Shown here: in pieces, positions 13,510 through 27,024 of the stretch
How the letters are laid out: each line of letters begins with the position of its first letter
How positions within the stretch are numbered: position 1 is the stretch's first letter
From: Octopus sinensis
Taxonomy: Eukaryota
Direction of reading: 5' to 3'
DNA: 64,000 nt
NCBI RefSeq assembly: GCF_006345805.1
Contig: NW_021833296.1
Span: 11,891 to 75,890, forward strand
Position numbers and translations under genes: made by a program
Notes under the pieces: model-generated
Seen by the model: only the letters and a program-made list of their open reading frames with translations
Told to the model about the DNA's origin: nothing
Database searches by the model: none

Positions 13510-14120
13510 ATTACTTGTTTCAGTCATTTGAGTGCGGCCATGCTACGGCATCGCTTTTAATCGAGCAAATCGACTCCAGGACTTATTCTAACGGTCTCTC
13601 TTGCCGAACCGCTAATTTACGGGAACGAAAACACACCACCATCGGTTGTCAAGCGATGTTGGGGAACAAACACAGACACACAAATATACATACACGCACA
13701 CACATATATATATAGATTTCTTTATTGCCTTTAAAGATAGAGAGGACAAACAAGGACAGACAAAGAGATTAAGTCGATTACATCGACCCCAGTGCGAAAC
13801 TGGTATTTTATTTATCGACCAGAAAGGATGAAAGGCAAAATCGATCTCGGCGGAATTTGAACTCAGAACATAACGACAGACGAAATACCGCTAAGCATTT
13901 CGCCCGGCGCGCTAACGTGTCTGCCAGCTCGCCGCCTTATACATATACATAGATATATACGACGAGATTCTTTCAGTTTCCGTCTATCAAATCTACTCAC
14001 AAGGCTTTGGTCGGTCCGAGGCTATAGTAGAAGTCAATTGCCCAAGGTGCCACGCAGTGGGACTGAACCCGGAGCCATGTGATTGGTAAGCAAGCTACTT
14101 ATCACACAGCCACTTCTGTG
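13510..14120 (-). mobile_element. SINE1 interrupted by SINE2
   Basis: Two halves flank 13716-13936. Confidence 0.88.
13716..13936 (-). mobile_element. SINE2 tail B, inserted in a SINE1 copy
   Basis: Family consensus on the minus strand; splits SINE1 13510-14120. Confidence 0.9.
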
Positions 14121-14289
14121 CCTATTCCATATATATTCGAATGTTATGCTTTTAATAAATTTAACTACGGAAGAATGTTATGAAGATGTTTGTATGATTG
14201 TGTGTGTGTATGTGAGTGTGTATGTGCGTGCGACTGCGTGTGTACATGTTCGAATATGTTTGCGCGCCCGCGTGTGACTGTGTGTGTGT

Positions 14290-14480
14290 ATGTGTATGCG
14301 CGTGAGTGTGTGTGTATATGTGTGCGCGAGCGCGTGTGTACGTGATCGAGTGTGATTGCGTGAGTGTGTGTGTATGTGTGTGCGCGAGCGCGTGTGTACG
14401 TGATCGAGTGTGATTGCGTGAGTGTGTGTGTATGTGTGTGCGCGAGCGCGTGTGTACGTGATCGAGTGTGATTGCGTGAG
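14290..14480. repeat. Three tandem copies of an approximately 58-bp GT-rich unit
   Basis: GCGCGAGCGCGTGTGTACGTGATCGAGTGTGATTGCGTGAG x3. Confidence 0.9.
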
Positions 14481-14509
14481 TGTGTGCGTGTGTGTGTGTG
14501 TGTGTGTGC

Positions 14510-14546
<37 letters not shown>

Positions 14547-14671
14547 CGCGCGCGTGTGTTTATGCGTGCTGCGTGAGTTTGCGAGTGTGTGTGTGTATGT
14601 GTGTGTAGGTGAGAGAAAGTCAGGATAGGGTAGAAATTTGCTGTTTAGTTTATATCGGTGTTATTCTGTGA

Positions 14672-14770
14672 AGGCACGTGGCCTAGTGGTTAGGCTGCTG
14701 TACTTACGATCGCTAGATCGTGGGTTTGATTCTCTGATTGTTTGGCATGTTGTTTTCTGGAGCAAAACAC
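14672..14770 (+). mobile_element. SINE3 head, diverged
   Basis: GGCACGTGGCCTAGTGGTTAGG...GAGCAAAACACT. Confidence 0.7.
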
Positions 14771-15203
14771 TCCTGCAGCCTTCCAGAAATTTGTTGGAAT
14801 TCCCAGTATACACTCCGACAATTTCAGGTGACCTGACGAGGCGGCCGGCAGTAATTACATTAATTCATTAATTATTGCGTAATTTTTGTGTTCATACAAA
14901 CCACACACACACACACATACAAAAGTGTGCTGAAAAGTTCCTGGTAAAAGAAAATACAAGCGGCTTAGTTAATTATGATTTTATTCAACTTATACTCTTC
15001 TCAGTTTCACTCAATTATTGCATCGGTCCTTCTATTTTTCTAAGCCCTATAAAAGAGGTCGGAAGGTTGGGCCTCCAACCTGGCCTTTTGCGCTACTCTT
15101 AAGTCAGCTACCTCTCGTAAAGTTAGATGACGGGATCTTAGATGCATTGAGGTTCAAAAAGGAAAGAAAAAAATTATAGTTACAAATGGAATACATCTTG
15201 ATT

Positions 15204-15636
15204 GGGATCTTTTCGGTTTGAACGGCAGTTTTTAACATAATTTCTAGGTAACTAAAAAAATGTTAAACTTCGTATACTGGTAGAATGTGTTTATAAAACA
15301 TCTTTTTCTCTTGACTTTATTGAGCAAATTCATATAGTTTGTAAGATATTTGTTGTTGTTTTTTCTTTCAATATCTGCAATTTCAACCAGTCACTGACGT
15401 CTATTGAGGTAAAAAAAAAAACATTCTGTGCCATATGAATATGTCCCTCGTTTATGAAACAGATTGAGTTTATTTACATTTGTGAAGAAAAAAAGATAAC
15501 CTTCCCCCCACCACTAACCCTAACTAACCCTAACCCTAAAACATTGAAATGCAATAGATCGATACTAGGGTCATAATTATGGGTGACAATTTCATATGAC
15601 ACCGCTAGAAAAAACTTTTCAAACCGAAAAGATCCC
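15204..15636. mobile_element. MITE with a 19-bp perfect TIR and internal (TAACCC)-like repeats
   Basis: GGGATCTTTTCGGTTTGAA ... TTCAAACCGAAAAGATCCC; CTAACCCTAACTAACCCTAACCCTAA at about 15514-15540. Confidence 0.8.
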
Positions 15637-15964
15637 TTGTTTGTATTTAAACATAAACAATATGTGAGATCACTATATGGATCCCTTGTATACTAAAAAT
15701 AGACGTCAAATCGTCTTACCACTAAATCTGTGTTCTCAACTTGGTAACACGCTAATTAATTATATTAATAATATTAATTTCTACTCTTATAATCTTGATT
15801 GTATGTTTACTTCTTTAGGGCTGAAGTACACTTTAACAACAACAATTGCAATTAAATAATCTGTCTTTTGTAATTATCAAAGTTGTTTAGCTCAAAGAAC
15901 ACCTTGATTTAGCAGACAATGATCAGATTTACAAGTCTTAGCCATTCCAAGTTCGAGGTAAGAG

Positions 15965-16134
15965 TTACATCGATAATATCGACCCCCAGTGCTCAACCAG
16001 TACTTATTTTAATCGACCCTGAAATGATGAAAGGCAAACTCGACCTCGGTGGAATTTGAACTCGAAACGTAAAGACGGACGAGATGCCACTAATAATTTT
16101 GTCCGGCATGCTAACAATTCTGCCAGCTTGCCGC
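15965..16134 (-). mobile_element. Older SINE2 copy
   Basis: Diverged head and body. Confidence 0.8.
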
Positions 16135-16833
16135 TTTACGTGCTGCTGCTCTGTAATATGAAAGAAATGTCCAACTCAAAATGTTCCACTTCCGGTACTG
16201 AAGTTTATGGCTTGTGTGTGTGTTTGTCTCACACACACACACACACACACTCTCTCTCTCTCTACCTATCAATCTCTTTCTTTCATCTTTCTTTCATCTT
16301 TCTTTCTTTCTTTCTTTCTCTCTCTCTCTTTTTTTATTTCTCTCTTTCTCTCTTTCTTTCTCTCTTTCTCTCTTTCTTTCTCTCTTTCTCTCTTTCTTTC
16401 TCTCTTTCTCTTTTTCTCTCTCTTTCTCTCTCTTTTTCTCTCTTTCTCTCTCTTTATATATATCTCTCTCTCTCTATCTCTCTCTCTCTCTGACGCAGAT
16501 ACAGATAGACGGATACAGACAGAAAGGAGAGGGGAAAACCATCCGTCAACATATGAAAAGAAGTGACATTATTAAAATAGGCCATACACCCCGTTGTCAG
16601 AAATTAATGATGAATTATAACGGGTGGATAGATTTTGTCTCCTGCTATACTCTAATCGATTACTGAAACTATTGTTGTCCTGCTTGTTACTATGATGATG
16701 ATGATGATGATGATGAAGAGGACAACCACGACGATGACGATGATGGTGAAGGTAATGGTGCAGTTTCTAATGATGATAATTTTAACGATGATGTTAGTAA
16801 TCAGCTAAGATTAAAACGTTTATGAATTTATAC

Positions 16834-17064
16834 TATTTCTTTACTACCCGCAAAGGGCTAAACACAGAGAGGACAAACAAGGACAGACAAACGGATTAAG
16901 TCGATTATATTGACCCCAGTGCGAAAATGGTACTTAATTCATCGACCCCGAAAGAATGAAAGGCAAAGTCGACCTCGGCGTAATTTGAACTCAGAACGTA
17001 ACGGCAGACGAAATACGGCCGCGCATTTCGCCCGGCGTGCTAACGTTTCTGCCAGCTCGCCGCC
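16834..17064 (-). mobile_element. SINE2 tail B with a 14-bp TSD
   Basis: TSD TTATGAATTTATAC at 16820-16833 and 17065-17078. Confidence 0.92.
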
Positions 17065-17911
17065 TTATGAATTTATACGTACATCTCAGTCTCTTGCTTC
17101 TCCTCCCCACCCGGACGTCCTCTGCCCCTACATCATCATCATCATCATCATCATCACCGTCATCAAAATCATCAGTTGCCACCGGAGAACTCAACAAATA
17201 AATAATGCGTTGTTGCTTGGCAGCAAGAAGCACCTGTCTCACTCATAGGAACCACTGAAGTCGTGGTTCTCAGCCGAAGGCCTTTTCAGATTTTGGTGGA
17301 TCCATGCTAGTACAACCGTAAAATTGGTATCCACAGCAGTGGATCCGTGAAAGAAAAAACAAAAGCAAAACAAAACAAAAAACAAACAAACAAAAACAAT
17401 AAAAAATAATTGATTTAGATGTATTTATTGCTGGAAACGGTTGGGTTTTTTTCTCCAATGTTTCACGAAGTTAACAAGTTTCCGACCTCTGAACCATACT
17501 CTTGCAGAGGGTGCACTTGCAAACCTACACAAATGAACGTGTGAGAAACAAAACAAGAATATTGAAAGCAGATTTTAGACGTTCGATGAGTATCGAGGTC
17601 CACCGGAATAAAATAGTAATCCAAGGGTACCATAGATAAAAAAAGGAAATGTTTGAGAAGCAACGGCACAAACGTGTATTGGTCTGTAGCGTAACTGGGG
17701 CGGGGGGCACATGGGTGGCACGTTCCCCCCTGCCGATTAATGGGGCGCAGATTGAAAGGGGGGCGCCTCATCAAAAGTAAGAAACATGAGATTTAAACAA
17801 TTGTATTTGTTTTAATTGCATCTCATTTCACACGTTAGGGTTTTTTAATGTTTCAGTCGAGGAAGCTGGTGCGTTAAACGGTTAAAATAAGGAGGTTCCG
17901 TAAAAGTAAGT

Positions 17912-18018
17912 GGAAGTGCGTGGTTTAATGGTTAGGGTGTTGGACTCATGATCGCAGGATTGTGGTTTCGATTCCTGGACCGGGCAACGCGTTGTGTTCT
18001 TGACCGGGCAACGCGTTG

Positions 18019-18049
<31 letters not shown>

Positions 18050-18240
18050 TGTGTGTGTAATTGTGTGTCTGTATTTGTCGTCCCACCATCGCTTGACAAA
18101 CGATGTTGGTGTGTTTACGTCCCCGTAACTTAGCGGTTCGGCAAAAGAATGCAATAGAATAACTCCTGGAATCGATTTGTTCCACTAAAGGCGGTGCTCC
18201 AGCATGGCCGCAGTCAAATTACTAAAACAAGTAGTAGAAA
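17912..18240 (+). mobile_element. Chimeric SINE: SINE3 head, (GT)n, SINE1 3' half
   Basis: Head GGTTAGGGTGTTGGACTCATGATCGC...GGTTTCGATTCCT; tail GGCGGTGCTCCAGCATGGCCGCAGTC. Confidence 0.8.
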
Positions 18241-19239
18241 AGAAGAATATATACATATATATAAGCTCCTGCATATATGTATACTTTTCTTTTACTCTTT
18301 TACTTGTTTCAGCCACGTGGCCGTGCTCATGCTGGAGCTTATATATATATATATATATAATATACCAAACAATTACAAAGAATACGGAGACTGATATACT
18401 TTCAAATTTCCTTTTAATTTAAGTTAGTTATACAGCATAATTAGTTAGTTAAACAAAATTAACTAATTACGTGTTATGACTAACTGTAATATCAAAAAAG
18501 AAAAAATACGATGTACCAGTTTTCGCATTCTTTGTAACTGTTTGGTACTTGCACTCTCAAAAAATGTTCATGATCCAGATCTGCGAACCTGGGTTCACTT
18601 ATCAGAATTGCAGTATCACAGTGGGGCGCACATGCAAGCTAACAGACGAATGCTTTGCTATATAAAATGTACCCACTCACTTGAATACGTATGTTACGTA
18701 GGCGTGCGTGTACAATTATGCTTGTGAATGTGTGTGTATGTGTATGTTAGTGTGTGTGTGTGTGAATGAGTTTGCAAAGCGGTGGACAAGCAAAGCAAGC
18801 ACAGAAAGCCGACTCACGTGATTCGCTTTGCGACAGGAGAAAAGTGAACGCGCCAAGAACCGATATCGCTAAAGTTTGAAATAGAGAACAAACAGCAGGT
18901 CGATAGTCGAAAAACTATAAGACAAGCGAATAATAAGATAAATAAAACACACGTTGCAGAATGCTACAAGTGCGCGCGGGCTCACACACGACTCACACAC
19001 GCACGGATGGATGCACGGACGCACACATACGCACACGCTTACACACGCTCACACACGCTCACATACATACGCATGCATATCTGCACACCCATACATATAT
19101 GTTGCACTTTCTTCGGATCGAAGTATTTGAAAGAAGGTAAAATTGGAAGAAAAAAAAAAATTTCTTTTCTCTTTTGTATCTGTATTCACTACATTAAAAA
19201 TTTGCATTGCACTGCTTTTCCAGAAAATCTCCCCCCCCC

Positions 19240-20321
<1,082 letters not shown>

Positions 20322-20334
20322 TTCTCTTCTTCCG

Positions 20335-20612
20335 ACCAGGCTATCAGATGTTGCTACACATCGCTGGTCACAATGCGCTTCGCAATGTTTTACCCTTCAA
20401 ATGACACCATCCCGCTGGCTAAGCGAGCAGGCCAACAGAAGAAAGAGTGAGAGAAAGTTGTGGCGAAAGAGTACAGCAGGGATCGCCACCAGCCCTTGCC
20501 GGAGCTTTGTGAATCTTTAGGTGTTTTCGCTCAATAAACACTCACAACGCCCGGTCTGGGAATCGAAACCGCGATCCTACAAGTGCGAGTCCGCTGCCCT
20601 AACCACTGCCCC
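20335..20612 (-). mobile_element. SINE4 (head GTGGTTAGGGCAGCGGACTCGC) with tail D
   Basis: Box B GGTTTCGATTCCC; tail TTGGCCTGCTCGCTTAGCCAGCGG...CTGATAGCCTGGTCGG. Confidence 0.85.
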
Positions 20613-20770
20613 CCCCCACATATATATATACATAATTAATAAAAGGGTAAACTGGAATATTAGAAATTTCCATTACCAGTGGCCTAGTGTGTAAGAATTC
20701 GGAGTTTAAATGTCCTCTCTTGCGTGCGGGTAGTCCTGTGTTGGCTACCTCTTACGTGTTTAAATGTACA

Positions 20771-20799
<29 letters not shown>

Positions 20800-20803
<4 letters not shown>

Positions 20804-20962
20804 CGAAGAGGTTCTTTCAGTGTCTGTCTACCAAATTTAGTCACAAGTCTTTGGTCGGCCCGAGGCTATAGTAGAAAACACTTGCCCAAGGTACCATGCA
20901 GTGGAACTGAACCCGGACCCATGTAGCTGGAAAGCAAGCATCCTACCACACAGCAAAACCTG
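20800..20962 (-). mobile_element. SINE1 5' half
   Basis: Family consensus. A second partial copy lies at about 21240-21340. Confidence 0.8.
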
Positions 20963-20969
20963 CGGCTAT

Positions 20970-21062
<93 letters not shown>

Positions 21063-21466
21063 TATATATATATAAAAGTACATTTTTCTGTCGAGGGCTT
21101 ATATGCCCCATTATTAGATTATTTTCCTTAGTCATCTTTAAGCTTATAGAAAAAAAAAACCCAGGAAAAATACCCTCGTTATTATTTACAGAATTGTAAA
21201 ACTCGACACCGCTTAACAAAGCCATTCGCGTATATATATACACGACGAGATTTTTCCAGTTTTACCTCTGCCAAATTCACTCACAAGGCTTCGGTCGGTC
21301 CGAGGCTACAGAAGAAGACACTTGCCAAAGGTGGCACGCACTTAAGAGGTATCCATCATGGGATTCCTTGCACGTTAGAAAGGACAGTTAAATTCCAAAC
21401 CACTATTAGGGATGAATTTTCGAAGGGAATTAAAAATATAAATATTATTAATAGTATATATATGTA

Positions 21467-21852
21467 GGCGCAGCAGTGGCAGGAGTTGCTTACAAACCAC
21501 ATGGTTCCGGGTTCAATCTCACTGCGTGGCACCTTGGGCAAGTGCCTTCTACTATAGCCTCGAGCCGACCAAAGCCTTGTGAGTGGATTTAGGCGGAAAC
21601 TGAAAGAAGCCCGTCGTATATATGTATGTATATATGTATGTATATGTTTGTGTGTCTGTGTTTGTCTCCCCAGCATCGCTTGGCAACCGATGCTGGTGTG
21701 TTTACGTCCCCGTCACTTAGCGTTTCTGCAATAGATCCCGATAGAATAAGTAGTAGGCTTACAAAGCATAAGTCCTGGAGTCGATTTGCTCGACTGAAGG
21801 CTGTGCTCCAGCATGGCCGGCCGCAGTCAAATGACTGAAACAAATAAAAGAA
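21467..21852 (+). mobile_element. SINE1, full length
   Basis: Family consensus. Confidence 0.9.
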
Positions 21853-21918
21853 TAGAATATTTATATTACACAGAGAAAGAGGGAGAGAGAGAGAGAGGAT
21901 AAGAGAGAGAGAAAGAAG

Positions 21919-21957
<39 letters not shown>

Positions 21958-22357
21958 GGAGAAGTCTTTGAAAAGATTGAGAAATGGAATAGAAAGACAG
22001 ATGCAATGCAACGTCTGTAAACAAACACATGCACGCACACACGCGCACATACCTATACGCAAACACATATACGCACACACACATATGACATGCATCGGTT
22101 TTGATTAACACATTAAAAGATTACCGCTTGGACTCACTAAATGTATATGGATAAGAATGAACATCCCAAGATCCGCTTCCTCGGCCGCTTCTAAAAGACG
22201 TTTACGCTTAGTATTGCTTTCGCCGAGAATGGCATGGGAAACTACTCCGATCTCATCTGTGACTAGCTTAACAAATTTATAGAACAGAAGCTCAGTGACT
22301 ATACGTTGGTTTATATGTATGCATGCGTGTATTCATATACATATGTATGTACGTATG

Positions 22358-22432
<75 letters not shown>

Positions 22433-22433
22433 G

Positions 22434-22465
<32 letters not shown>

Positions 22466-22468
<3 letters not shown>

Positions 22469-22573
22469 TTTTTATTTCTTTTGTTTTTTTGTTTTTTTTC
22501 ATCCCCCAAAAGAAAAGCTCTACCTTGTAACTTGTCCCATCTGTGTGCAGCCCTGTGTGGCCAATAAAGAAAC

Positions 22574-22574
<1 letters not shown>
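22466..22574 (+). mobile_element. Very short 3' fragment of Tx1 family B inserted in (TATC)n
   Basis: About 75 nt nearly identical to the reverse complement of 30935-31010; flanked on both sides by (TATC)n. Confidence 0.85.
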
Positions 22575-22649
<75 letters not shown>

Positions 22650-23195
22650 ATGTGTGTGTGTATACTTTATTTAAAAGCAGTCGAAATATCACAAAAACTG
22701 TTACTCAGAGTTTCACGTTTTCGTTCGTCGGACAGTTTTGTTAGAATGGAACAGAGTAATATTGTCGAATGAAGTAACTTTGGCAATCTGGGCTTCCTAC
22801 ACTGGGTGTGAGAGTCAGATCTCTCCTTTCGAACACAGGAACAGTTTCGAAACATTGTTTACAAAATAATAGCAGATCATTTGCGAAGGAGCATGGATTT
22901 TTTTCTCTGGTAAGTTTTCCTACTATGCATCATACTACGATGTATAAAACAGTGAATGACATGATATGCGTGCATTATATTACACGTTTATTAGAATGGA
23001 ACCCCAAATTTTATTTTATATTACCGATTTATGACTTTATTCGTGTCAGGTCATGTCTCAAATGAAGTAACTTTGGCAACCTGGGCCTCCTACACTGAAT
23101 GTGAGAGTCAGATCTCTCCTTTCGAACACATGAACAGTTTCGAAACATTGTTTACAAAATAATAAGCTGATCACTTGCGCAGGAGAGTGTCTACC

Positions 23196-23378
23196 TATTT
23201 CTTTACTACCCACAAGAGGTGAAACATAGAAGGGACAAACAAGGACAGACAAACGGATTAAGTCGATTACATCGACCCAGTGCGTAACTGGTACTTAATT
23301 TATCGACCCCGAAAGGATGAAAGGTAAAGTCGACCTCGGCGGAATTTGAACTCAGAACGTAGCGCCAGACGAAATACG
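23196..23378 (-). mobile_element. SINE2 (tail B), 3' part of the copy that hosts the Tx1 LINE
   Basis: Body and tail of the GGCGGCGAGCTGGCAGAAACGTTAG family. The whole SINE is bounded by the 21-bp TSD TTGCGCAGGAG(A/G)GTGTCTACC at 23175-23195 and 28782-28802. Confidence 0.9.
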
Positions 23379-23619
23379 AATTTCTTTATTGCCCACCGGG
23401 GGCCAAACATAGATATGGACAGTACAACTGATGGGATCAGTGAATCGATATGATTTTACATAAATGTGACATCAAAAATAAAATACAATACATAAAAATC
23501 GAATGGAATACACAGTACAAAAACAATACAAATGAAGCGATGATCAAGTTACGCTCCGATCCCACAAGCCCCGATCTACCGCTGATACCTTTTTATTTTT
23601 CCTTTTTTTTTTTTTTCCC

Positions 23620-26600
23620 TCGTCTATTCACACGGTTCCTTGCACGCACAACACTCGTGCAACATACTTCCATCTCTTTCGGAACGTACACTCTGACAGA
23701 CACCTCTTCTCCAGCCACAGTTTCCTTTTCAAATGAAAAGAAAAAAAGGATCGTAAATGTCACCAGAGATAAAGTTGCCTGTCTTAATTCCTTTTATCCT
23801 AGTATTCCATACAGCCTCTTTTGTTATTGCTACAACCGTGAGAAAACAATTCTTACCTTCGTTCGTTAGAACTCCCGGTGGGTCAATTTTTATAATTGAC
23901 TCAGTCGACAGCCGTACTCTTCCTTCGCCGGACAACAGATGTTCAGCATAAGCCCATTTCAGTTATCTCCGGACACTGAACAATAGCGTGAGGGACGGTT
24001 TCCCTGTCCCCACCGCATCTTGGACAGGTCGGCGACTGACGTTTACCATGTCTTGCGAGCTTATCCCAAACGGGCAAGGCACCTCTGTAGCATTGCCAGG
24101 TTAAGGACTTTTGGAAGTTGTCCAACGTTCTCAACCCGAATGTACGATGAAACAAGCTGTCCAGTTGAATAAATCCGAGACCTAGAGTCGACCCCAGGCC
24201 ATCGTCGCATTCAGACTCTACCAACCCACTATATAAAATCCGTGTGGAACCCCCCCGCTGGCGTTGCGCCCGCGACGCCGGAACAGCAAGAGGGCCTTAC
24301 GGCACTCTTTATGCCACTCACTCGACCTCGGTCTACGAGAACACCAGGCTCCTGTTCGCAAAAACTCTTGAACTCAGGGAACATTTGTCTGGCCAGCGGA
24401 GACCACACCCGTTCACTATCCAGGAGAATCCAGAGGTGCCTCAACCTCAACGCATGTCTGCGCATCATTAACCAAGGCATCCCTAACCTCCATTTAAAGG
24501 CTTTTGACAGCAGACAGAGCGTTTCACAAGTGGCGACCTGCCCTTCCACAAAAAGCGAAAGAGCTGTCTCTCCAACCTGATCAACCACGAATCCGGACAG
24601 GGCACGACAGTCAGGCGGTAGGTAATGACCGATGCGATAAACACATTGGCCACTTCCGCCCTCCTTTCATGGATAGCCACCGCCAAGACCAAGTCTTGAC
24701 TACTGCAGCCACCCTGCTCAATACCTCCGTCCAGTTCTTCTCTATCTGGAGGCCTGGTCCAAACCAGACTCCCAGCAACTTAACCGGTCCCTCCGTCCAG
24801 CGCCTAACAACACTGTCTGAAGGCATCGACTTGCCAACCCAGGTGCCGAGCTGCAAGCCGACCGACTTTTCCCGGTTAATCTTTGCTCCTGCTACCTCCT
24901 CGTAAGCCTCAATAGTCTTACCTACTTCACGTAGGCGTACCACTGTGGTTACACTGATAGTGATATCATCCGCGAAAGCCGTAACAAACTCCTCTAGTCC
25001 TGGTTCTCTCGGGATGCCACTCAACCTTTGCAGTAATGGCTCGAGAGCCATCACATACAAAAGTGGTGAAAGCGGACATCCTTGACGAACCGAGCGTCTG
25101 ATGCAGAACGGCTTCGAAAGGAAACCGTTCACCCGAACTATCGAGTCAATGTTGTGGTACAAAGCGATAAACCACCCGAGGAAGCCAAGGCCCAGGCCAA
25201 ACCGCGCAAGTACAGTCGCTAGGTATCGATGGTCAACCCTATCAAAAGCTTTAGACTGGTCCAAATGCACCAATGCCTCACCTTTGCCAGATTTATTACC
25301 AAACCTCTCTATGGTATAGCGAATAGGATGGAGGGTATCCTGAATGGTTCTGCCTGGGATGGCACATGTCTGTGCCTCCCCGACTATACCATTCGCGACA
25401 CGCGCCAACCTTTTTGCTAGAACCTTGGCCAAAATCTTCACTTCTGCGTTTAACAGAGTGATGGGCCTGAAATTCTCTAGAACGTCCCCCTGTCCGGGTC
25501 CTTTCTGACCAACGTCACTACTCCCCGGCGCACAGATCTGGGGATAAACCCATTCTGTTTCCAGTTCGCGTACACGTCAGTCAGTAGTTGCCCGAACAAG
25601 TCTGGCATACATTTATACAGCTCGTACGGAAGACCATCAAGTCCCGGTAACTTACCCGCTTTACAATCGGCCAAAGCCTCCATCACCTCCTCAAGTGTGA
25701 TTGGCCCTTCGCAAGACTCCGCATCCGACCCCGAGAGGCACGGCAGCCCGGTAAGAAAGTCCTCGAGGGCTCTCCCACCACCAGGACCGCCGTCACCCCC
25801 GAACAGCTGGGCGAAGTACTCCCGAAAGACCTCACACATTTTCTCGGGTTCGTTTATCAAGACACCATTTTGATTCATCAAAGACCGAATAGAGGAACTA
25901 TTTCCTTGCCGAGCTTCCACCACTCGGGCCCATCCAGCGGCTTTGATTCCTTCACTTCCCATTGCACGTAACTTAGCTCTGGTAATACTTCCCATGTGGT
26001 GGGCTTCAAGATGCTGGTTTAACTCCAGTCTTTTCACCCTCGCTTGGTCTGTATTACCAGTCCTCCAGGCTTCTTCTAGTTCCTTAACTAGACCATCTCC
26101 TATTTTACGTCCCTTCTTAGCTAAACTTATGCTAAACCTAATAGACTCATATTTGATGGCTCTTTTTAGGGCGTACCACCATTTGTTATTAATGATGGTA
26201 CCTGTTAATGCCCTCTGTATTAACATCTTGATCCGCTTTCTGTACTCCTCAATCGCCAAAAGGGACGTATTGAGTTTCCAGTAGCCAGATCCCTGTCTAT
26301 GCAACTTATCTACCGTCAGTTTACAGGTAACCATCTTGTGGTCACTGTAGCTGACTAGAAAAAACTGTGGACACTCAACTATGGACTTATCTTTTTCTCT
26401 AATTAAAATCTATCTAGATATGTTCTGGTAGACCCGTCACTATTTGACCACGTCCACTGTGGAATGTTCGGGTGCTCCAACCTATATGGATCTGCTAGCT
26501 GAAATTGACTTAGCAGATCCCGAAAGCCTGGTTACATTTTCTGTTCATGTTCGAGTTTGAGCCAACACAATCTGTGTGTGCTGCACATATTGTATTAGAG

Positions 26601-27024
26601 TCTCCTAACACTACTAGTGAATGCGACGTGGCTAGGAACTTTCCTAGGCCACGAAAATATTCAGTTTGCGGGCCAATAATGTTTGGTGCATAAATAGCGA
26701 CCAGCCTGATTGTCTTGCCACAACTGAATGTCAAGTCGAGAACGACCAGCCTGCCTTCTGGGTCAGAAAAAACCAACTTTTTCTCGGCTACCCGGTTTCT
26801 TTTTAGTAGGACCAACACCCACCCCCACCTCCCGCCCGACTCGGAGAAACGTATTTCTCGTAGCCGTTCAGGAGGGGGAGCAGATCTCTTGGCCCCTTCA
26901 CCCGGGTTTCCGTTGCAACAATTACATCCAAATTTCTCGACCTGATGTCATTCAGAAAGCGTCCTTGCTTCCAGCTTGACAACAGGCCATGAACATTTAA
27001 ACAACCAATGTGAATAGCCATCAC
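23620..27024 (-). pseudogene. Tx1 ORF2 (APE endonuclease, reverse transcriptase, C-terminal CCHC-like motif), broken by several frameshifts or stops
   Basis: GCLNVHGL...DVIVATETRV, IRLVAIYAPN, VVLGD(S)N, GYWKLNTSLL, K(L)PGLDGLPYELY, LDQSKAFDRVDH, VRQGCPLSPLLY, AFADDI, VKLLGVWF, CPRC...ETVPHAIVQC across ORFs 26803-27024, 26510-26818, 25477-26334, 24611-25441, 24483-24692, 24229-24588, 23943-24224. Confidence 0.95.

Noticed and set aside
14918-15119. Mariner-like end GTGTGCTGAAAAGTTCCTGG...CTCGTA
   Set aside because: The termini do not form a clear TIR pair.
17686-17770. GC-rich hAT-MITE-like terminus
   Set aside because: No matching second terminus or TSD found.
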